64,000 nucleotides of DNA from assembly GCF_009914755.1 (NCBI RefSeq), contig NC_060929.1, one strand, 5' to 3'. Of this stretch, positions 57,665-64,000 are shown in pieces. The notes beneath the pieces are model-generated. The model was not told the DNA's origin. It made no database searches and saw nothing but the letters and a program-made list of their open reading frames with translations. Source of the DNA: the human T2T-CHM13v2.0 reference genome, Homo sapiens. A program made the translations under genes and the position numbers. Within the stretch, counting starts at the first letter, position 1, and the number at the start of each line of letters is the position of its first letter.

Positions 57665-57988
57665 TGTAGTAGGTTATATGAGGGCCCATTATCCATTAAT
57701 CTTTCCTGCAGAATCCAGCTTGGCCACGTAACTTGTCAGTGAATTTGGATATGAGTTCTAGGTCACACTCTTGAGGAGGTGAGCGTGGTAAAGTGATGTG
57801 TAGCCATGATCATTTTTTGTTCTCTACTAGATGTGTTACAGATGGAAGCTGCTTCATGTGTTTGAAACTATAAAACAAAATGAGACAATGATGAAAATGT
57901 AGCATGAGATAAATAAGTGTTTGTGAGTCACTGGGATATAGAAGGTCACTTGTTGCCTCATAAGGGCTAGCCGATGCTGACCAAGACA
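57665..57988 (+). mobile_element. Old MLT1-type MaLR LTR
   Basis: tgtagtagg...ttggccacgtaacttg...gcatgagataaataagtgtttgtgagtcactgggat...ctgaccaagaca. Confidence 0.55.
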
Positions 57989-58364
57989 CCAGTTAATATA
58001 TTATCTATTTCTTTTACTCTTGTTTTTTGCTTTAACACTATTTGGAAGACACTATTTTGAAGAAAATGCAATCAATTCTAGACTTTTTTTTACATTATAT
58101 ATCTCTCTATATATATACATGTATATATCAGAATGTTTTATAATTTATAAAATATGTAGAATAAGATGAAACATATAGATATACAGTTACAAAAAGATAG
58201 GAAGCATTCATGATTTTGTTTCATCTATAAACTGTTTTGCTTTTTTATTAACATGGAATAATAAAATTTAATGTCAGGTTTAATAACTACTATTATTTTA
58301 TGCAATGATATTTACAAGTCATACATATAATAAAATATTCTTATTCCTAACAGAGTCATAGATA

Positions 58365-58588
58365 CTGGTAATACTATTAAGGATTTTCCCCATGTTCTTG
58401 TTTGAAAGAAAAAGGTACTTTGCAGTAAGAGGTCAATAAAACCAAGGAAATGCATTTTTCTCATCCAAGTTTAAAGGAAATTTGAATTTTATCCATAGAT
58501 TCCATAGATACCCAAGAGAGTCTGTGGACTACAAATAAAGAACTCCTGATACAATAAAGAGGGGACTATCAAGGAAAATACAAGGTAG
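58365..58588. repeat. Source arm of a two-piece inverted duplication
   Basis: 58500-58588 and 58365-58421 are reverse complements of 60524-60612 and 60613-60668. Confidence 0.95.
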
Positions 58589-59380
58589 AACCTATAATCA
58601 TCATTCTGAGACTGTTTCTGAAAGAATAAATCAGGAGAACTGAATTAGATTTATTTCTCCTTAAAATGATATATAAATAGAACATGTTTATTATATAAAA
58701 ATCAGTTAAAAATAATGTGTTAAATAGACTACGGATAGACTATAAATCTTAATAAAATAATTTATTCAGAGGCTTTGACAGATTGGCAAATTAAGATAAT
58801 AAAGTAGGTTTAATATTTAAAATCTAAAAAAAATTACATTGGGAATGAACATAATATATTAATTTTTGTAAGTGAGCACATGTTCCTGAAACGGATTCAA
58901 TGTTGAACTCTTATTTCACAGCAGCATATTATTTATCCATTCATTCAAGTATGAGCTCTGCCAAGGATCTATCACTTCTAATAGGTTGAGAATATTGAAT
59001 TCAGTCTGTTTTCTCCTTGTGAGCATTCAGGTATACATGTATGTCACAATATGTGTTGTGCATCAAATAAACTAAGCATTCTCTTTCACTAATGTAAACA
59101 TAGTAAACAATTAAATTAGTTAAAATGTTGAACTATTAAAACTGGTACAAAATTAACTCATTTTCTCTCATCTTAATGTGGAAATACAAAGCTTACATTT
59201 ATTGTACAATGAACAGTAAATGGAGTCCACTAAACAAAATGTTTTACCATGGTCTTCAACTTTTGAAATATTATTATTTTCATTTTCTACTTCAAAAATT
59301 TCCTATTAGCTAGAGTTATTGAAAATGTATTCTTAAATAAACCAACAAATAGTCATCTGGAAAAATAAAGCTAATTAACT

Positions 59381-59520
59381 TGTGTGTATATGTGCATATA
59401 TACACATTTATATGTATATAAGCATATACACATACTAAATGTGTATATCGAGTGTATATATAGAGTGTATGTATATACTTGTATCTATTTATATAAACAA
59501 AATGAGTATATATGTGTATT
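59381..59520. repeat. Degenerate (TA/TG)n tract
   Basis: tgtgtgtatatgtgcatatatacacatttatatgtatata... Confidence 0.7.
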
Positions 59521-60523
59521 AATTTTAAAAATCTATTTTGAAGTGCTGAGTGCATAAAGAAAGACTTGAAACTGGAAAGGAATTAGGGAAAATATTGAAA
59601 CTGTTTGGAATTTTTCTTCATATGTTGTTCATTTTTATGTTTTGTAGTTTAAATGATATATTTTACAAAATATAAGACAGTATTCTCATAAGTTGTCCCA
59701 TTTTTTCTTATACCACTTATTTTAAAACGCTTCTAATTAAATTCTAATGCAATGATTTTTTTCAATTATCTTCCTGGCCCATTATGGTTGTGAAATGCAT
59801 TGATATAAAAGATCCTTTGATTTTCTGTGTCCCCAGTTGCTTTTCACACTGTGTTACAATCAATCTTTTTGTAACCCAGCTTCATTTACATATGTGTATT
59901 TCGCATTCTTATGCTTCATAAAACTCAGTTTGTGCTTTGAAATAAGGATTGCAGTCTTTCATCCAATTATATTTGTTTCAATAATATCAAATTTATACCA
60001 TTATTTTTGTTTCCAGTGCTGTGACCCTATCCTCTAGTCACCCACTGGAGGTATATAAAAGTCACTTTTAGTTTCATTTCAAATTATATTCTAATCATTT
60101 TGAAGAGAATGAGAGGTAATTAATTTCACATATGTGGTGACAATATACAAATAACTAAATTGTAAAAACAACAACTTGAATAGTTATGACCATATCTGTA
60201 TATACTCAGGAGATGGCATCTTTATTATGACAGCTAACAGGAAGGATAAGACTAAATAACTTCCAAAACACATCCTTATTTTAGAGGCATTCAAATAGAA
60301 AAAAATCTTTATTTATACATTAATCAAATATGGTGTACTGATAAAATGCAATGATTGTAAGACTTTTTTTCTTCTGAAATTCTCTTGAAAATATATTCCA
60401 GTGAATTTAGTACACATATTCTATCTAGTCCTATAATTTGTCTTTAAAAACATTTAATTGTACTTTTAAAAAAGTCCTGTGAAAATTAAATTTTACTTTT
60501 GAAAAGTAAATAGTAGGAAAATA

Positions 60524-60668
60524 CTACATTGTATTTTCCTTGATAGTCTCCTCTTCATTGTATCAGGAGTTCTTTATTTGTAGTCCACAGACTCTCTTGG
60601 GTATCTATGGAAAAAGACCTTTTTCTTTCAAATAAGAACATGGGGAAAATCCTTAGTAGTATTAGCAG
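60524..60668. repeat. Inverted copy of 58500-58588 fused to an inverted copy of 58365-58421
   Basis: First block 89 bp with 3 substitutions; second block about 56 bp with about 4 differences. Confidence 0.95.
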
Positions 60669-63077
60669 AAAATTTAGAGCCTACTTTTAAAAGAGAAATA
60701 AAATATCTTTCTTAGTCTATGACAAACTGATCCGAGGTCATCACTATTATTAATGTTTCTTTAATTAGAAACCTAATTGACACAAAAATATCCCAAATGG
60801 AAAATATATCTCTCCTTTGTATATACTTGTAATCCTTGATCAGTATCACTTGTTGAAAGGTAAAATTTAGAAAAAGATTCTGTACAAAAAATGGTTAAAA
60901 TTATCTCTCTGGTAATTCAGATAGCATTGAAAATACTGTGTGTCAGAAGCAACTCCATTTGCTATAGCTTGTACTAAATTATTTAATTATTAAAGGAGGA
61001 AAGTCTAAACCAATCATGAAATTCAGTAAGAATGACATTTTTTATAGTTGTCTTTTAAAAAGCCGAACCAAAAATTAGATACATTTTAAAGTTTGAAGTA
61101 GAATATATGTGATCTATAATCTAATTAAGCAGTAATTCTTCAACTTTGCTCCTGAGGAATTTGTAAGGTGTTTACATTTTGCAAAGACTCTAGAAACAGG
61201 AGGTATACAACTCAAGAGGAGAAGAATGAAACCTCAGAAGAGAGGATTTCTAACATGGTGTGATAATGAGGACTCAAAATGCCATAGCTTAAAGAAGAGT
61301 TTATTTTTCTCATATAAAAAAGATGAAGAGATAGTCAAGGGTTTGACGTGATGCCTCTATTGCCAAATGTGATCCCCCTCAAAGTTGAAGGCACTGTTCC
61401 ACTCTCTCCCATTTCCCAGGAAGTAGGAAGTCGGGAAGAGGAAGTGGACAGGACAAACGTGAGTTTATAATGTCATAATCTGGAACAATTTTTGCTTGCT
61501 TTCAATTGTCCAGATAACCATTATATTGCCACACCCAGCAGTAAGGGATGCCAAAAGTACATACTCCATCTGGTGTCTACATGCTGAGCTAAAACTTAAG
61601 GGGCACCATCTGAAATATCTTGTAATTAAAATGTTTACTTTTTTCATAGAGATAATAATAGCTCATTATTGATTTTAATCTATATGTCTTTGGATTATTT
61701 TATAATTTGCCTTTTAACATTCTGTTTATGTATTATTTTCATATTGAAAGTTTGTTTTTAATAAGGTAGTTTCGTTGAACAATGCAGGTATGTATCCATG
61801 TATTTAGTCTTTGATTGTGTCTTTGGAGTTCATGCTTAGAAAGTTCACATCTTCGATATTCTAAAAATGCTCAATTACTTCCCTTTTAGAATTTCTGTGT
61901 TTAAAAGTTTTTGGATTTAAGTATTTGACCCATGTGGATTTAGTTGTAAGAAAAGAGACAAGAATATAGATTTTTCTTTTTCTACTCTTAATAAAGTATC
62001 ACATTTGACCAAAGTTGCTCATGGTTTTATAAACTGGCTAGACAGATAGATGACATTTCTTTCTGAGAGACAGAATAAGAGAGAAATGAGTTTTTAAAAT
62101 TCATTGTTATAATCCAAAGACTTATGAACGCAGATCACCGTTTTCAAAATAATTTTTTAATCTGCTTATTACTTTACATTAATTTTAGGTTTATATTATT
62201 AAAATTATTAAGTCAAAATTAAAAGCACAGTTGATATTTTGTTTGGATTTACTTAAGTATATTTTTAATAAATAGCTTAATACATATAAATACTGTGTTC
62301 TTCTATTTATTAAAGCTTTCTATTTTTCCAGTGGAAGCAGCATTACAAAACAAAAGATGTAAATTATAGAACTGGGAGTTTTAATGTTGAAATAAAATAA
62401 ATTCCAGAATGTGATAGAACAATAGGAAGGTTAATATTAGTCAACATGCTTCTAATGTACGTGTTTCTGCTGATTTTAAAATGTAATCATTTATCCTATT
62501 GCAATTCTAAGTTAACATTCTTCCAATGGACAAGAAACTAACTTAAAGCCACTACTAGAAATACTGTGGAAGATGATAGCTTAAATTCAACAACTCTCTC
62601 TGTCTTCTATATTTCTGCTACGGTGATTCGTCAATTCCATTAATAGTCAGTTTATGAGGATAGCATTTAACATATAGTTGCAGCCCTTTCATGTACTAGT
62701 AATTTTCGGTTATCATATAGATGATTCAGGCAAGAAGTTCTTTCAGAGGCCAATTCACCATGCACTTCTTTGGAGGACAGAGAAGGCAGCCAATATGGAC
62801 GCTTAATGGCTCGGACCAACGTTTCTGCGTTAGTCCTCTCTTGTGGTCTACCAGCCCACCACCACATGAGACACTTGACAATTATGCCCGCACAGCAAAC
62901 TAGGGAAAGCACTTGAGATCTGAGCTGGTGAATGTGAGTAAATTGAGACTAGCCCGAAGATAGTAAAATATTACCAGAAATGTAGTATGTTTCAATAACT
63001 TGAAAGAAATAGTGTTAAAGAAAAAATATTAAAATATGTAGACATACCTAAGGGTAAAAAAAAAAAACAGAAAATGA

Positions 63078-64000
63078 TTTTATTATTATTATTATACTTT
63101 AGGTTATGGTATACATGCAGAACGTGCAGATTTGTTACATAGGTATACATGTGCCATGGTGGTTTGTGGCACCCATCAACCTGTCTCTACGTTAGGTATT
63201 TCTCCTAATGCTATCCCTCTCCTAGCCTCCCACCCCCGATAGGCCCCAGTGTGTGATGTTCCCCTCTCTGTGTCCACATGTTCTCAATGCTCAACTCCCA
63301 CATATGAGTGAGAACATGCAGTGCTTGGTTTTCTGTTTTTAAAAATAAATACAGTAATATAAGCAATGTATATATATTTTGAAAAATATATGGTAGTCTA
63401 AAAAAATATTTTGTAATTCCATCTCTTTAAAGATAGAAATAATATTAAATTATTTTTGTATTAGGTTGTTTAAAAAAAGTATTTGTGAGATTTTATTTTT
63501 CTGTTCTCATGTTAGTTTGCTGAAAATGATTGTTTCCAGCTTCATCCATGTCCCTGCAAAGGACACGCACTCATAATTTTTGTGGCTGCATAGTATTCCA
63601 TGGTGTATATGTGCCACATTTTCTTTATCCAGTCTGTCATTGATGGGTATTTGGGTTGGTTCCAAGTCTTTGCTATTGTGAACAGTGATGCAATAAACAT
63701 ATGTGTGCATGTATCTTTACAGTAAAATGATTTACATTTCCTTAGGTATATACCCAGTAATGGGATTGCTGGGTCAAATGGTATTTCTGGTTCTAGATCC
63801 TTGAGGAATTGCCACACTGTCTTCCACAATGGTTGAACTAATTTACACTCCTATCAACACTGTAAGAGCGTTCCTATTACTCCACATCTTCTCCAGCATC
63901 GGTTGTTTCCTGACTTTTTAATGATCACCATTCTAACTGGCGTGAGATGGTATCCCATTGTGGTTTTGATTTGCATTTCTCTAATGATCAGTGATGATAA
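63078..64000 (-). mobile_element. L1PA7-like 3' end (runs off the window) with a 159-bp foreign insert in its 3' UTR
   Basis: (TTA)n tail, L1PA 3' UTR, ORF2 C-terminus (WKTVWQFLKDLEPEIPFDPAIPLLGIY); non-L1 AT-rich block at 63338-63496. Confidence 0.95.

Noticed and set aside
58500-58550. The inverted pair as two independent MER/Charlie insertions
   Set aside because: About 97% identity extends past the transposon-like end into flank, too high for ancient independent copies.

Overview
This is primate (most likely human or great-ape) nuclear DNA: AT-rich, CpG-poor and gene-desert or deep-intron in character. I can support no host protein-coding gene, tRNA, rRNA or CRISPR array. Much of the window is transposon-derived: eight Alus (AluJ, AluS, AluY and a rearranged AluYd-type), LINE-1s of several ages (L1M/L1MA, L1PB, L1PA7-like, L1PA3-like), ERV1 solo LTRs with intact 4-bp target-site duplications (LTR9-like, MER61-like), MER34-like, MaLR and ERVL LTRs, Tigger/Charlie DNA transposons, L2/MIR relics and microsatellites. 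The only long ORF (577 aa) is the C-terminal half of L1 ORF2p. Subfamily names come from recalled consensus features, not from a RepeatMasker run. I found no convincing new gene system. The most notable signal is a series of template-switch scars readable directly from the sequence. These are: an L1PA7-like element that is 5'-inverted and then apparently hit by a deletion-inversion bracketed by a 19-bp inverted repeat; a 183-bp local duplication that truncates an Alu; a two-piece inverted duplication about 2 kb from its source; perfect 18- and 19-bp hairpins at L1 breakpoints; and small patchwork insertions.
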